Of a DNA stretch of 64,000 nucleotides, positions 1 to 14,233 are shown one piece after another. The stretch is from Azolla caroliniana. Taxonomy: Eukaryota; Plantae; Polypodiophyta. A program made the translations under genes and the position numbers. Within the stretch, counting starts at the first letter, position 1, and every line of letters starts with the position of its first letter. Under the pieces are notes generated by a model that saw only the letters and a program-made list of their open reading frames with translations, searched no databases and had not been told where the DNA came from. The DNA is taken from the NCBI GenBank assembly GCA_043228905.1, contig JBHGNT010000008.1, forward strand, positions 6,324,001 through 6,388,000, written 5' to 3'.

Positions 1-1530
1 CGAAAGGCTTTGTGGCATTTGGCCAAGTTCATCTAGTCTCCCGACTCAACAAGAGTTTATACGGCCTAAACCAGGCACCGAGACAGTGCTATAAGAAGTT
101 TGACGACTTCATCCAATCAACCGGCTTCTCCAAGAGCGATGAAGACCACTGCCTCTTCAACAAAACAGCTCGAGATGGGTCTCCCATCGTCCTCATCGTC
201 TACATGGACAACATGCTACTCTCCGGTTGGCACACCAGAGAGCTCGCTGAACTTGTTTGACAACTATGGTTGAAGTTTACCATGAAGGATGTTGGTCCGA
301 CAAGACACATTCTCGGGATGAAGATATGTCAAAATCAAAATCGATGACAGATGTTTCTGTCTCAATCTGACTATATTGAACGTGTCTTAGAACCATTGTT
401 GTAAAATATTTAGCATAAAATACGCGTACAATACGTATTCTAAGTATTCTACAAGTATTCTAACTTCTTTTTTTAAAATACTTAGAATACATATTTTATC
501 TATAAAGTACGTTAAATATGTTAAATACTTAGAATACGTTTAGAATAGGTAGAATACATGTAGAATACTTCTTAAATTTAAAAGTTTTTTTTTTTCAAAA
601 AACAGAAAATATTTTTTGAAATGATAAATGCTTGTTAAATACGTAGAATACGTCAAATTTTAAAAAATGGCAATTCTAAAACGCAGAATATGTGTAGAAT
701 ACTTCAGAGTATTCTAAAACGTAGAATACACGTTTTTTAACAACTATGCTTAGAATGCTTCAACATGCACTCAACCAAATTTGCTTCGACCCCGCTCCCG
801 ATTAATCTGTAGCTATCTCAGTGAGACTGCCCAACATCTGGTCTGGAGGGGGAAGTTATGAAGTCGGTACCGTATGCACCGGTAGTCAGCTCCTTCATGT
901 ACGCGATGGTCGCGACATGGCCTGACATTGCTCACGCCGTCGGAGTCATTAGCAAATTTATGCACAATCCTAGTTGATCGTATTGGAACAGAATCAAGCA
1001 TCTGTTCAAATATCTGGTGGGAAAAAAAGACTATGGCATCTTATTCCACCCGAACGATACCTCAGACGTAGTCGGTTATACCGACTCTGACTTTGCCGGT
1101 TGTGTGGACAGTCGAAAATCGACAACCGGATATTGTTTCAAATTCGGCAATGGAGTGATTTCGTGGAAATCGAAACTTTAGGAGTGCACTGTCACATCAA
1201 CGACTGAGGCCGAATATGTAGCCACGTCCGATGCAATGAAAGAGGCCCTATGGCTTGGTCGGCTGGTGCACATGTTTCGACAACCGACTCAGTTCCAGAC
1301 ATCTACAACAACAGTTAGGGTGTTGTTTCTCTTCTGAAATATCTGGTTCATCACAACACCTTCAAGCATATTGAAGTTCGATATCACTTTGTTCAAGACT
1401 ACATCATTTCAAGGAAAATCAGTCTCGAGAAGATACCTATAGCCAATAATGTCGCAGATGGGATGACCAAGTGTCTTTCGACGGATCGATTTTGATCCCT
1501 TCGGTACTAGATGAGCGTAATGAAGAATCA
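1..1530 (+). mobile_element. Decayed Ty1/Copia RT-RNase H fragment, 5' part outside window
   Basis: LNKSLYGLNQAPRQ, LIVYMDNML (YVDD-like), PYAPVVSS.MYAM, YTDSDFAG, EAEY and KHIEVRYHF motifs, broken by stops and frameshifts; interrupted by the MITE at 394-748. Confidence 0.9.
394..748. mobile_element. hAT-like MITE (355 bp)
   Basis: Imperfect TIRs CATTGTTGTAAAA / TTTTAACAACTATG; 8-bp TSD CTTAGAAC (386-393) / CTTAGAAT (749-756); many AGAATAC/GTATTCT internal motifs; removing it restores the Copia reading YIERVLE-CFNMH. Confidence 0.8.
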
Positions 1531-3561
1531 GTCTGATTGAGTCGGACAGTCAGGAGGTTCGGTCTTAGTTCCTTTGACCCCGGCCAATTCAGCCTTCTGT
1601 TTTTCGGAGTTTACCGACTCGAACCGAAATTTGATTTGTTGGATGACCTTGTACAAATTTGTACGCTTGCTCCCTTTCTGTTTATTTTAGTTTCTGAAGC
1701 TTTTTCTGATTACCTTAGGAGTAGGAGTGTAGATATTCATGGTATCGCCTCACCTATACAGGGACATGCATCCTCAACTGTTGATTAAGAATTTGTTGAT
1801 GACAATGCATTATATGTTTTTGTAGAAAAGGACAATTTGTTGAATGTTCAACAAGAGTTAACAGATTTTTATGATGCTTTGGGAGCCTTGATCAACCAGG
1901 ACAAGTCCATGGATTTTTGGGTTGCATCTTGTTAGAAATATTGAAAATCGATGAGATAGGAATATAGAGTTACAAACACAGAGATGGATATATAAAAACA
2001 AAACTTCAATTACATATGAGAGGAGCTCACAACGGTAGTTCACCCATACGCTCACACCTTAGAGCTTAGATGGGATCTGGACCAACTCACTACAAAATTA
2101 GTGGGGACTAATGATCGAATCAACCACTATGTAAGAAAGTGGATAATACTCTATGTTTGGTCTAAGTACAACATTAAATGTGCAAGTCAGTTGATCATAG
2201 TGGAGATATTCCTTTTCTGTCAACTAACTTGTCATTTAATATGACCCAACTCCCTAGATACAAGATAGTGTTAGATATTACTTATCTTGAAGTCAATGAC
2301 ACATACTTCAAGACTAAGTACATTGTAACTTGCCCACAAAATATTCTAGTTGACTTGATTAGCCAATCCTATTACTTATTTCGCTCTTTCCTAAATCCAT
2401 TGTGTCCTATGCATCTACGATTTCGTAGATTAACACCTTATCGACCCATATGGTCAAGTTGCACACTAGTTGCTCCTCATTTGGGGTGCTATCACAAAAT
2501 GTGCACTCTAGGAGCAAATATGGGGATAGATTTACAACTTGGGGTTGATCATTGATTATATCTAACACGCCCCCTCAATGGTCAACCCATTGAGTTCACT
2601 TGGAATTGAGCCAACTCCTAGTCGTCGAAGGTGTTGTTGTAGTTGTTCTACTCCAAGCGCCTTTGTGAAGATATCCGCAGCAGTACTCAAGCTCCACAAT
2701 CGGACAGTACTCAAGCTCCACAATCTCATCATTTATTAGCTCCCACACATAGTGATACTGAATCTCTATATGTTTAGTACGTGCATTCAATACGGGGTTC
2801 TTGGCAATGGCCATGCAACTCTGGTTGTCACACCTCAATACCATTGTCGTCCTTATTGTAACTGCCACATCCATAAGGATTCTTCTTAGCCAAACTACCT
2901 TGCATGCCGCTATGCATGCTGCTTTGTATTCTGCCTCCGTTGAAGATAGTGCCACTATTGGTTGTTTTTTACTACTCCATGAAACAACTTAAGAGCTTAT
3001 TGAAAAACAATAACTGATTTTCTGGAATCACTATCTCCAACCCAATCGGAGTCGCAATACCCACTAAGTTCGTCAATTTTTGGCTTGTAGAAGTTTTTGA
3101 AATTTAAAGTACCCACAATGTACTTTAATACACGTAGTGCAGCTTTCCAATGAGTTTCCTTCAGCTTGTTGCTGAATCAACTCACCACACCGACTGCAAA
3201 ACAAATATCCGGCCTACTGTTGCATAGGAAAATTAGACTTCCTAGTAGTTGTCTATACTTCCTTGTGTCAACCATTGGTGACGAGTATTCTTGGGATAGC
3301 TTGCAGTTTGACTCCATTGGAGTCCACTTCGACTTGTTGTCCATCATCCCAAACGTCTTCAAGATCTCTGTTGCATACTTTCTTTGTGACATGAAGATGC
3401 CAACCAAGGTTTGTCAAACCGAAATTCCAAGGAAGTAGTGTAGAATCCCCAAGTCTGTCATTTCAAACTCAGTTTTCAAACACTCTTGTGTTTGGCCAAT
3501 ACACTCTTCATGGTCACTAGTAAGTACTAGATCATCCACGTAAATGATGATGATGACTTGT

Positions 3562-4166
3562 TGTTAGGAATCGACCGGCCACAACCGGTTTCACGTTCGT
3601 ATTTGTGTGCAGAAACCAAGAACTAGTATGTAGACAGAAAAACGTGAAGACACAGAGACACCGATATTTTACGTGGAAAACCACGAAATGGGAAAAATCA
3701 CAGGGGGCCACAAACCTTGAGAAAAACAAATCATTATGGCAGAGAGGAAGTACAAATACGAAACTCGGAGGCAACGACCTCGAGTTAATGTTCGTCTGAT
3801 AGACGGCTACAGAGTTACACTCTCACTCTCTCACTCACGGTTACAGCGGCAACTACCTCGTTCTTACTTTTACAATAATGATCAACTACACTTTACTAAA
3901 GTTTGCCCTAGTTGCTTATAAACAAAAGCAACTTTCTGGCTATTTACAAGTATAGCCCCCAAGAGGCATTTTAGACTATTTACAATTGTAGGCTTCCGAA
4001 ACGATTTCGGTTTTCGATTTCGATTTAGACTTCGGTTTCGGTTTCGGTTTTGGTTTCGGCCCCCGGCCGAATTACCCTTGTGTCCTCGATTTCGGTTTCG
4101 TCCTCGGCCGAGTTACTCACCAAATCGGTTCTTCTCTTCCTATCCGGAGGGACCTGTTTCCCAACA
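3562..4166 (-). mobile_element. Solo LTR (family X) inserted in the Copia RT
   Basis: TGTTAGG...CCCAACA; TSD CTTGT/CTTGC; shares the GGACCT(A/G)TTTCCCAACA end and CGGCCACAACCG / ACGTGGAAAACC / GGCAACGACCTCG motifs with 24790-25599 and 46227-47215; strand is relative to those copies. Confidence 0.85.
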
Positions 4167-4455
4167 CTTGCTTCCCATCCTTCATTTTGACATACATACT
4201 TGCATCTGAAGCACATTGCTTAAAGTTGATTGGTTGTAAGAAGATGTCTATCCTCTTGTTCCAAGCTCTTGGTGCTTGCTATAGACCATAGACCGCCTTC
4301 TTCCGCTCGTAGACTTTGTTTTCTAAATTCGGCATCTCAAACCATGGTGGTTGTGTCACGTATACCTCTTCCTTGAGATGCCCATTCAGAAATGCCGATT
4401 TGAAATCCATTTGATAAATCAGCCATCCTCTTGAAGTCGCCAACACTACGACCAT

Positions 4456-4880
4456 TCGAATTGTTGTCATGCGAACTGCCAGAGCAAATGTTTCTTGTAC
4501 ATTGAACCCTTCAATTTGGGAGTATCCTTGTGCTACTAGTCTAGCCTTAAATTTCTCCAAAGAATCATTACCTTTATACTTTACTTTCCACACCCACTTG
4601 GTGCCTATCACCTTCCTCTTTGTTGGCCTCTCTACCAACTCCCATGTGTCATTTTTCATGATGCTATCGAATTGTTGTCATGCGAACTGCCAGAGCAAAT
4701 GTTTCTTGTACATTGAACCCTTCAATTTAGGAGTATCCTTGTGCTACTAGTCTAGCCTTAAATTTCTCCAAAGAATCATTACCTTTATACTTTACTTTCC
4801 ACACCCACTTGGTGCCTATCACCTTCCTCTTTGTTGGCCTCTCTACCAGCTCCCATGTGTCATTTTTCATGATGCTATCG
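4456..4880. repeat. 211-bp tandem duplication inside the Copia RT
   Basis: Near-identical units starting at 4456 and 4667, with TCG microhomology at the junctions. Confidence 0.9.
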
Positions 4881-7409
4881 TATTCTGATATCATCACCTC
4901 TTCCCACTACGGGTCAGCCATGGCTTCCTCTGGCTCACTCACGGAGCCTATGATGTCCACCATTAGAGCCATGTTGATAATGTGGTCAAAGGTCCTCCCT
5001 TGCTCCTGTATTCTTCTTGATCTTCGTAATCCATCAGTTGAAGTTTTAGGAAACTCAACTTTAGGAGTACAATCATTGAAGATTTGTTGAGCCCACTTAG
5101 GTATTTTCTTTACATGTGGCACTAGCATAGGCTAAACTAGCGAGCCATTACCATCAGATGGTTCAGCTTCCTTTCTCTGGACAATGGGTCGGGATTGGGT
5201 GGAATACTTCTTCGGTTGATGAGATCACTTGAGAATCGATGTTCTCAGCTAGTTGTGGTCATTCCTCATCGGACACCACATCACGGGTTGTCAATATCTT
5301 TATTGCCTCTGGACCGTAGAGTCGATGGGCCTTTTACTCTTCACTATATGCGAGAAAGATACACTTCTTGCTTTTAGCATCCAACTTCTTTCTGCTCACA
5401 TCTAGAACATGTGCGTAGAACGTACACCCAAAGGTTCTAAAGTGCATCACTAAAGGTTTCTTGCCTGAATAAGCTTCTTGGGGTGTTTTCCCTTGAAGTG
5501 CCTTCGTGTAGCTCTGATTGAGGATGTAAACTATTGTATTCACTGATTCAGCCTAGAATGGGTCGGGCAACGCTTGTGCCTTCCACATACACCTAGCCAT
5601 CTCGACAATTGTTCGGTTTCGACGTTCAACAATGCCATTTTGTTGTGGGGTGTAGGCCATGCTCTTTGAAATACTCACATAATTCTATTGATAAGATTTC
5701 TCCACCTCGATCAGAGCGCAACTCCTTCACTAATTTTCAGGACTCCCACTCGACAAACTTATGCCATCTTTTGAAGATTTTAAAAGCTTCACCCATCTCC
5801 CAAAGGAAGTAAACGCACATCTTTCTAGTGAAGTCGTTGGCTACTATCATATAGTAGAGAGATCTACCCATTGCAGGAGTCGCCATTTTTCCAGAGAGGT
5901 CGATGTGTATTAGCTATAGAGGAGTCTTTGTCCGATTTTGACTCTCTTTTGAATGGTTGATCTTTGATGCTTTCCCAGCATACAAGCATCACAAACATGA
6001 CTTAAGTTAGATAGGGTTGGCAACCCAACTACCATATTCGACTTCTTCGTCTCCTTCAACACAGCAACATTGAGATGCCCAAATCTCTCATGCCATTGCT
6101 TTGTGTTAGTACTTGTGTTGTGGTCAGTAGAAATTGTAAAGAGATTGTTGCGCCTTACCCCTATTCCTACAACCTTGCCAGCAAAATTTGTTATTTCTAC
6201 ACCTGAATTCTTGAATCGAACATCGAGACCCTTGTCGGTCAGTGCAAAAATGGACAATAGATTCTTCTTGAGATCTGGCACGTACAACACTTGAGAGAGA
6301 TGCTTTGTCCCGCCGGTTGTTGCTTTGAGGGAGACGGTTCTAGTTCCTTGAGATGGCTAGACATCGGGCATTGTTCCCGACCACAACATTGATGGGTTCT
6401 TGTAGAGGTGTCCAAGAGCTATACCAGTCACGATTACTAGTCATATGTCAAGATGCTCCACTATCGAGGATCCAAGAGTCATCGAAAACTTGAGTGTCAA
6501 TTGAAGAACACACTTCTTCAGTTGCGACCCATAACTCAAGCTCATCTTCGACATTGTTGGCGGACTCGGGATCTCTCCATGAAGTCTTACTAGAACCATT
6601 CTTCTCATCCGCCATCTTCTTCCAACAATCCTTGGTTGTGTGACCCTTCTTGTCACAGTAGAAACATGATCCATTGAACTTCTTCTTCTTTGGTATCCTA
6701 TTCGCATTGTTTGAATTGGATGCCCCTTTACCCTGTCCTAGAGACAAATGTCGAAGCTTCCCGTCCTTCTCTTGTCTTTAGCTGAAGCTCCTCTTCAAGT
6801 AGCATTGCACTTAGTCCATCAATTTTTAAAGAAGTGGGTCGAACCTAAGTGTTTAATGTTGTCACAATGCCATCATACTTGGAAGGAAGTACTCGAATGC
6901 ACCGACGAGCCATATCCTCTAGAGAGACGACTACTCCAACAACCGCCAACTGATCTTGAAGATCCTTAATCCTTTTTACAAAAGATTCTACTTTCTCTCC
7001 ATCAGCGAGCTTCTCTGCAGCAAGTTGATTTTCGAGGTTTTGTATCCTTGTATAGTTTCTGGTTTCATACTGGCTGGCCAATATGCTCCAAGCTTCATGT
7101 GCCTTGGTTGTATGTTGCACTAATGTTAGTACAGAGTCACATACACCATTGACTATGGTACACAGCGCATCAACATTCCTTCTCTTCCAGACTCGAAGTA
7201 GATCAGCGTTTGGAGGGATTGATGTGGTAGGGTGTGTAGGGTCAAAGGTCACCATGGGCTCAAGGTCTCCTCCTGTGGGTCCCATGATTGTCTCCAACAA
7301 CTCGTAGGAGTCCAAAATGGTAGAAATTTTGAACTTCCATAGAGTGTCGTTGGTTCCATCTAGGTTTCCATCAGACAATGGAGGTGGGCAAATGCGCAGT
7401 AGAGCTGCT

Positions 7410-7464
<55 letters not shown>
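7410..7464. repeat. (CT)n microsatellite in the Copia leader
   Basis: Pure CT run between the PBS and gag. Confidence 0.95.
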
Positions 7465-7471
<7 letters not shown>

Positions 7472-9339
7472 TAGACAGCAACTACCCGTATATACCTAAT
7501 CTCGATCAACCTCTCAGCTCTGATACCATGTTAGAAATATTGAGAAGTGCATTGTAACTTGCCCACAAAATATTCTAGTTGACTTGATTAGCCAATCCTT
7601 TTACCTATTTCGTTCTTTCCTAAATCCATTGTGTCCTATGGATCTGCAATTTCCTAGATTAACACCTTATCGACCTATATGGTCGATTTGCACACTAGCC
7701 GCTCCTCATTTGGGGTGCTATCACAAAATGTGCACTCTAAGAGAACATATGGGGATAGATTTACAACTTGGGGTTGATCACTGTTTATATCTAACACATC
7801 TTCTTCTCCTCCACAAGATGTGCTATCACAATATGGTATTTGGGATGTCAAGTGGTGATTTTTTGGTAGAAGATATGGTGACACCCCTTTTGTTACGTGG
7901 TAGCAATAAATTGGTATATTGGGATACAACTAATAATTTTGTCTTTACTAGGAAGGGTGATTGTGGCAAACTTGGTTTTGGTCTCATCAATGTGGGTTGT
8001 TGCAAAAGTTGCTTGGTCAACTTTAATCCGGCCAATAAGTGAAGGTGGACTAGGCTTATTAGATGTTTTGCTCTAGGTATTAAGCCCACAATAGGATGAT
8101 AGTGGCAGGATAGTTTTTCAATGGTTGGTTCTCAGAGATTTTTACATGAATTAGGTCACATTTATCTTGGGGGGAAATGGACTCAAGACCAGCTACAACT
8201 ATGGCCAATTGGGTGCGGACAAATAATTATTATTATTTTCATTGTGGGGGGGATGTTTGATGTCCGAACAAATTCAGTAGGCTCTTTAGAATTGCCAAAG
8301 TCAAATTCACTTGGCTAATACTTATACATGGTATGGTTTCTTCTCTCCTTTGATCATGTTAATAGGTGCCATGGCATATGCTAACTAGGGTAGAATAAGG
8401 TTTTATGAGGTTGGAGATGTTGGTCTTCTATATTTAGTGGAAGAAGAAGTTGAAGTTATGCAATTAACCTCCCAGAAACCCATTAGGGTTATTGCTCAGT
8501 TAGACAAGAAGCTTTTCTTAGATCCAAATCCTTTATTTGAAGATCATGCATTACACCTATGAGCATTCCAAAGTAAGCTAGTAGCAAACCTTAAATGGGA
8601 TCCGGCTGATTATGCATGGTGCTTGGCTGGAAGGTCCTCAGCAAATGAACAAGAGAGTAGGATTCACCCTTTTTTTCAATATTTTGTTGCTTATGGGAGG
8701 CGCTTCTTGATGCAACTATATTGTGTAAGTCCTATTGCACAAAAGTTCCAAGATTTGGAGGCTTATTGGAAAATTTTATGGGATCTACCATGAGACTTTA
8801 AAACATTTGTTTGGGAATTGTATTGTAGCTCTGAAGTATTGGAGAAGAATATTAAGGATGTTTTCTTGTAAATATAGAGGAGCGCTTTTTACATGAGGGC
8901 TGTTTTTTGGGGTCTTTAGATGTGCAGGCATCCTTGTATGAGGCGGAGCAATGCGCGGAAGCATTGCGTGTGTCGGAGAATAGAATTAAAACAAATCTCC
9001 CTAACATTTTGGGTGGTAAATATTTTAAAAATTCTTTTGTTTGGAACGTTGTTTCGGTTAATGCTTTATGGGTGTGGTGGAAGTGTAGTTGCAACAAGAA
9101 ATATAAAGGTATCGAGTATAATGTAGTGGATATAATTAAGATGTTCTTGGACAACTTGGTACATACAATAAAGGGAGAATATAATAGTATTAAAGGAACG
9201 ACGGAAAAGGTGCATAAGAAAAGGATGAAAATTCGTAAAATATGGTGGCCAATACCTCTCTGGATGAATAGGTCACATGAAGGTCATTGGAATTATGCTC
9301 CGCCATGATGCCTATTTCCTCATCCTAGACCTTTCTTAT

Positions 9340-10830
9340 TTCCATCTTAAGTTGTGATGTAATATAGTTCCTTCTTCCTTCCTTTTAATTGCAGGTTGGA
9401 TCACAATAATTGCAAGGTTGGAATGTGGACACACCTACACCACTCAGCCTCTTCCTTGATGAAGCAAAAAACCAAATGCCCTTGAATGCCAAGTTTCAAA
9501 GCAACTCGGCGTGGTGTAGAAGCAATTGAGAAAATAAGGGAACGTGAGCTACACCGCGTAGAGCCATGGTTGGGGTACCTTCTACATTAGGACCACGGGT
9601 CACACCCACATTGAAACCCTTTGACCTCTCGCTTCTTTTCAGGAGACTTGGATGGAACTGAAACTAAGCCAAGTACAAAGTCATCTCCTTTATAGAATAT
9701 GTTACACCATAACACATTTTGTACAATACTATAACTCTTTTAGCTTAAGTTCTATTTATTTATTTTTTTGATGATTAGGTAAACACTCTATTGTGTTGTA
9801 AACCGATTGTCATATGGGCCAATTTTGGTCTTAGAAGACGTTAATATTTCTTTCTTTCTTTCTTGGTGTCTTTATTTTTCTTCATTGAATCTCATATTTC
9901 GAGTGACATAGAGTGAGAACCTCTTCTCTTGGTTAGGAGTGGAGGATAATTAAGGAATGGGAATGGGTTTATCATCGGTTTTGCTTGGAGGAACTAATTT
10001 TAATCATCAATTTACCTTCTTCTTTTTGTTTTATATAATATTTCAGGTCAACTGGGTGATCTTCTTTAACTTTGGGGGGAGGGTCCTGTTTTCATTATTA
10101 TGCCAGGTTAATAGGGGAAGGACCTTAAGGATGTAGGGTAATCATTGGATAGCTCTACTTTGGGAGTCATAAGAACATAATTTTTTGGCATGTTTCTTAA
10201 TGTGTAGCTAATGGACTATGGCGCACTACCATTGGGGAGTTATCGTAGACAGATGTTGATGGTGGATAAAGCATTTATTATTACTATTAGTCTGATCATT
10301 GAGTGGGTTTAAGGATTGGCTTTGCTTGGGGATGTCTTCCATATAGTTGAAAAGAATAAATAAATAAAATTATGCTGGAGAAGGATGATGTTATGGGAGG
10401 AGGAAGCATTTCTTTGGATTGACTAGGAGACTTGATCATGGGGTTGCTTAATGAAGCCAAATTTTGAGTTTGGAGGATTGATCCTTCCTTATTTCAATCT
10501 TAAGTTGTGATGTAACATACTTCTTCCTTCTTCTGAATTGTAGCAAGTTGGATCACATTATTTGCATGCTACTCTTGGTGCCCTTATTTGTTCTTCATTC
10601 AATCTCATATTTCGAGTGACATTGCATGAGAGCGTCGTCTCTTGTTTAGGAGTGGAGATGAATTAAAGAATGGAAATAGGCTTAGCATTGTTTCTATTTG
10701 GGGAAACTTATTTCAAGTATCTTGCAGGTTGGATCACATTAGTTGCACGTTACTCTTGGTGTCCTTATTTTTTCTTCATTCAATCTCATATTTTGAGTGA
10801 CATGGAGTGAGACCCTCTTCTCTTCTATTA
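9340..10830. repeat. Locally triplicated degenerate segments
   Basis: CTTGGTG..TTATTT..TCTTCATT.AATCTCATATTT.GAGTGACAT at ~9862, ~10574 and ~10755; TCTTAAGTTGTGATGTAA at ~9345 and ~10498. Confidence 0.6.
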
Positions 10831-11799
10831 TGTAGATGATGGATTATCAGAAGGATGAGGGAATAAGGACAATAAGGTTCTATGGTTCGGCTTTTCTTGG
10901 GGAAGCCATCCTTATAGGTGGAAAGAATAATAACTTTCTTTTTAGTCTAAGTTTGTGGTAGAGAAGGATGATGTTAATGGAGGATGAAGCATTTCTAGGG
11001 AGTGGCAGGGAGGCTTGATTATCTGGTTTCTTAATTTTCATATTCGGGGAGGGGTTTTTGCATTCTTCTTGTACGGATGAGTGGAGATAAAATGTGAAAT
11101 TACACATCATTTTGGTAACAGGCCCTACATGTTGCTGTCATCAACAAACATTTTCCAATTCCAGTCATTGGAGTTCATTGACAAAGATTTTGAACAAGTT
11201 ACCACTTTGGAGAAGGCAATAAATGGTGGGGCAAAGGTTGTAGAAAAGTAATCTATTAGTACTATCTGAATTGTTGATAAGATTACAAGGATTTCTAAAG
11301 TTGGATGGTGTAGAAGTTGAAGGAGAAGCTAAAGTACAGAGGAAAATTGAAGTAAGGATAAGCCTTTTAGCAACTCCTCCCTTGGCATCATCCAATGTTA
11401 CTATCAATTGGGAGGTTTTTGGTTAAATTATTTACTGAGATCAATTCGTACAAAGTGATGTTTAAGGTGTTGGATTCATTTGTTTCTGACATTGGGGATT
11501 AAACTATTGTTCAACCATTTGTATTTATCTAGATTATCATTGATTATACAAATTGCCACAATATTTCTTTTGGTTACAAGGTTAAACTACATTGAAAGCT
11601 AGATCCACAAAATGCTTATCAAGAAGAGCTTCAGTTGGAAGATGGTGTTTCTATAGCTTGGAATTAATACCACCTGGAATTTCTCAAAGATTCACAAACA
11701 AGTCATAGAGTACTCATGTTGCATTCTTCTTCATCTAGTTGATCTAGAGAATGGTATGGCCTTATTGTACTTTCTTTGCCTATAAAGATTGGCTATGTG

Positions 11800-12380
11800 T
11801 TTTTTCTTCGTTATCTTTACCTATAAAGATTGGCTAGGGTAGGTCGTTCGGCACGGCTTTACAACATTGATTGATTGGACTACTTTGCATATTGTCTCTG
11901 GCCACTTTATTTTTAAGACCAATGGAGGATATTTTTTCATGAAAAAAAATTGAAGTAGGTGAGAGTGTGAATCCTTTCTTAACAACGATGATACTAGTGA
12001 AAAACTATGAAATTCCATCTTCTATATGCACATTGTATATCACCTTTTATATTCGGAAAATTGCGAGCATATACTCATTCTTCCATGTGTCTCCAATGAT
12101 ACTCACCTAGCAACATATCAAAAGCTTTCTTGAAGTCTACAGAACAAAAATGTAATCCCTTACCTTTTAAACTCCTTTCTTCCATTAACATTCGAAGAGT
12201 GATAAGATGATCAATGATATTTTGGTATTTCCAAATATCAAATTCTCCATAATCCCTCTTACCATTGTTTTCCATCCATGCACTTAACTTAGCTTCCATT
12301 AGAATCAACCATGATTTTCCGACAATTGTTTGATCTAATTTGTAATCCAAGCATGAGGCATTCCATGTTGCAATGCACAA
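11800..12380 (-). mobile_element. Non-LTR (RTE-like) reverse transcriptase remnant
   Basis: IIDHLITLRMLMEE...LHFCSVDFKKAFD motif in ORF 12075-12380. Confidence 0.75.
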
Positions 12381-12529
12381 TTAAACATATCACTTATTAT
12401 AGTATATGCTTCTATCTTGTCCATTTGAGCAACCTTTTGTGCCTTTGTACACTACGTAAAATATGTGTGGAGTACCCGATTGACTAAGTATAAAGAAATA
12501 GGAGAAATACTACAATAATTATGTTACAT

Positions 12530-12597
12530 GCATAGGGCAAGATTTGAACCCTATACCTCCATGTTAACAATTTTAAGCCTTACCACTATACTAGAAT
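12530..12597 (-). mobile_element. Possible tRNA-derived SINE head
   Basis: Minus-strand Pol III A-box-like TAGTATAGTGG (12593-12583) and B-box-like GGTTCAAATC (12550-12541) at tRNA-like spacing; no intact cloverleaf. Confidence 0.35.
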
Positions 12598-13439
12598 ATC
12601 ATGATTTTAAAGTTATACTTTATCCCATCTAAATATTCTAGATATGCACGATAGAAAAAGTTATTCATGCATACATACTCAAGTTAAAAGAAAAGATGTG
12701 ATAGAAAGTTGATCATGCACATGTAGTGTGCATGAAAACTAAAGTTAGAAAAAGCAGGATGCTTGCATGTGATAAACTTAAACTCTTCCATCACTATATA
12801 AGGAAGAGAGAAAGATTTATAGGTTGTTGATTTTTTTTATAAGGGTTGATTAATATAAAATATTCGTGGGGATTCACGATTTTGCCATCTATTTCTCTCT
12901 TACAATCTAAGTATCAATTAATACACTATACTCGTGGGATTCACGAGTTTCATATCTTCATCTTGCAATCTATTCGTAACAAACCTTATCTCATATTCTT
13001 CTTTCTCCTAGTCCAAAACCTCAGTGGTTCCCACCCGACTCACACAATGATCCGGATCGAAAGGCCCGACAACGTTGAGCATGACATACGTGATATTCAT
13101 CCTTATCTAGGTTTTCATTGCATATCTTCATATTTGGGTGATGGTGCCATGATGCTACCTCAATACTAACTATGTGTGTGAGTTTGACAAAGTGTTAAGG
13201 CTCTCCAAGAGCCAAGTTCCATGGGGGTAGTGAGATGTGATTCGATACATTATGGCAATTTTACCTTGTATGGGGGGCAACATTGTGGTTTAATACTTGC
13301 AATCCCCCAATTTTGACATTTTAGCATCTTGCCACTTCATCCTTCTTAGCATCACTTGAGCGCATCAATAGATCTTTTACTCCCCATCTCTTGAACCATT
13401 TCATAATGTCAAGCACCCCATCCTATGTTCTAGGCTTGT

Positions 13440-13442
<3 letters not shown>

Positions 13443-13491
<49 letters not shown>
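13443..13491. repeat. (GA)n microsatellite
   Basis: Pure GA run. Confidence 0.95.
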
Positions 13492-13496
<5 letters not shown>

Positions 13497-13742
13497 ATTA
13501 TTGTCTCTCTTGAGGGCAAATATGACCAATAAAACAAAAAATATAACAATTTCACGTAGAGAGAAAGAGAGAGATGATGATGATACAATATTACCATCCA
13601 CAAATGGTAAATAAGATACAGGGGACCAACAATCATTAAAATGCACTCTCCTCAATTAAGTGTATGCAAGAATAATAAGTTGAAGTAAAAGTTGCAATGA
13701 AAAAAAAGTTTTCCTTCAAATTCCATTGTTTGGATCTTCCAT

Positions 13743-14233
13743 TAACATTCAGCAATGGTTCGGTTTGAACCGAATTGAAGCGCAAAATTGCAACTTAACG
13801 GTTTAAACGGTTTGGTTCAGTTCAAGTTCAAGTTTTTTTTAACAGTTCAGTTTCTTTTTGGTTCGATTCAGTTTCAACGGTTAGAAACTATGTTTAAAAT
13901 GGTTTAATGTTTTTTTACTTTTTTATTTTTATTTTTTCTAATTTTTTTAATTTTCTTTTAAAACAATATTTTCATTTTTAAGCCTAATTCTCACATTTTA
14001 GGAAAATCTTTAAATTTTAGAAATTTTAAAATTAAAAATACTGAAATATTTTAAATTCTGGATTTTGACCTAAGTTGAAAACTGAAACTAAACGACGAAT
14101 CCGCAGTTTTAACGGTTTGGATTTTTCTAATGGTTTGGTTCAAATGGTTTTGTGGTTTGGTTCGGTTCAAGTTTCAAAAGATTTTAACGGTTCGGTTTTG
14201 CACCCTCACAAACCGAACCATTGCCGATTGTTA
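13743..14233. mobile_element. MITE / non-autonomous TIR DNA transposon (hAT-like)
   Basis: ~25-bp TIRs TAACATTCAGCAATGGTTCGGTTTG / CAAACCGAACCATTGCCGATTGTTA; subterminal GGTTCGGTT/AACCG repeats; AT-rich core; TSD degenerate. Confidence 0.7.

Larger units (their letters stand above)
1930..7796 (-). mobile_element. Ty1/Copia LTR retrotransposon, structurally complete but pseudogenised
   Basis: TSD CATCT at 1925-1929 and 7797-7801; TG..CA LTRs 1930-2567 and 7529-7796; PBS TGGTATCAGAGC (tRNA-iMet) 7517-7528; PPT next to 2568; gag (6845-7378), CCHC knuckle, WILDSGAS protease, integrase, RT and RNase H fragments. Confidence 0.95.
1655..9310 (+). mobile_element. Decayed L1-type LINE ORF2 (RT and C-terminus), split by the Copia at 1930-7796
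   Basis: LAPFLFILVSEAFSDYLR...EFVDDNALYV (non-LTR RT, YADD-like) before 1930; continues after 7801 with YLG.P-like and Trp-rich C-terminal segments (ORF 8907-9308). Confidence 0.7.
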
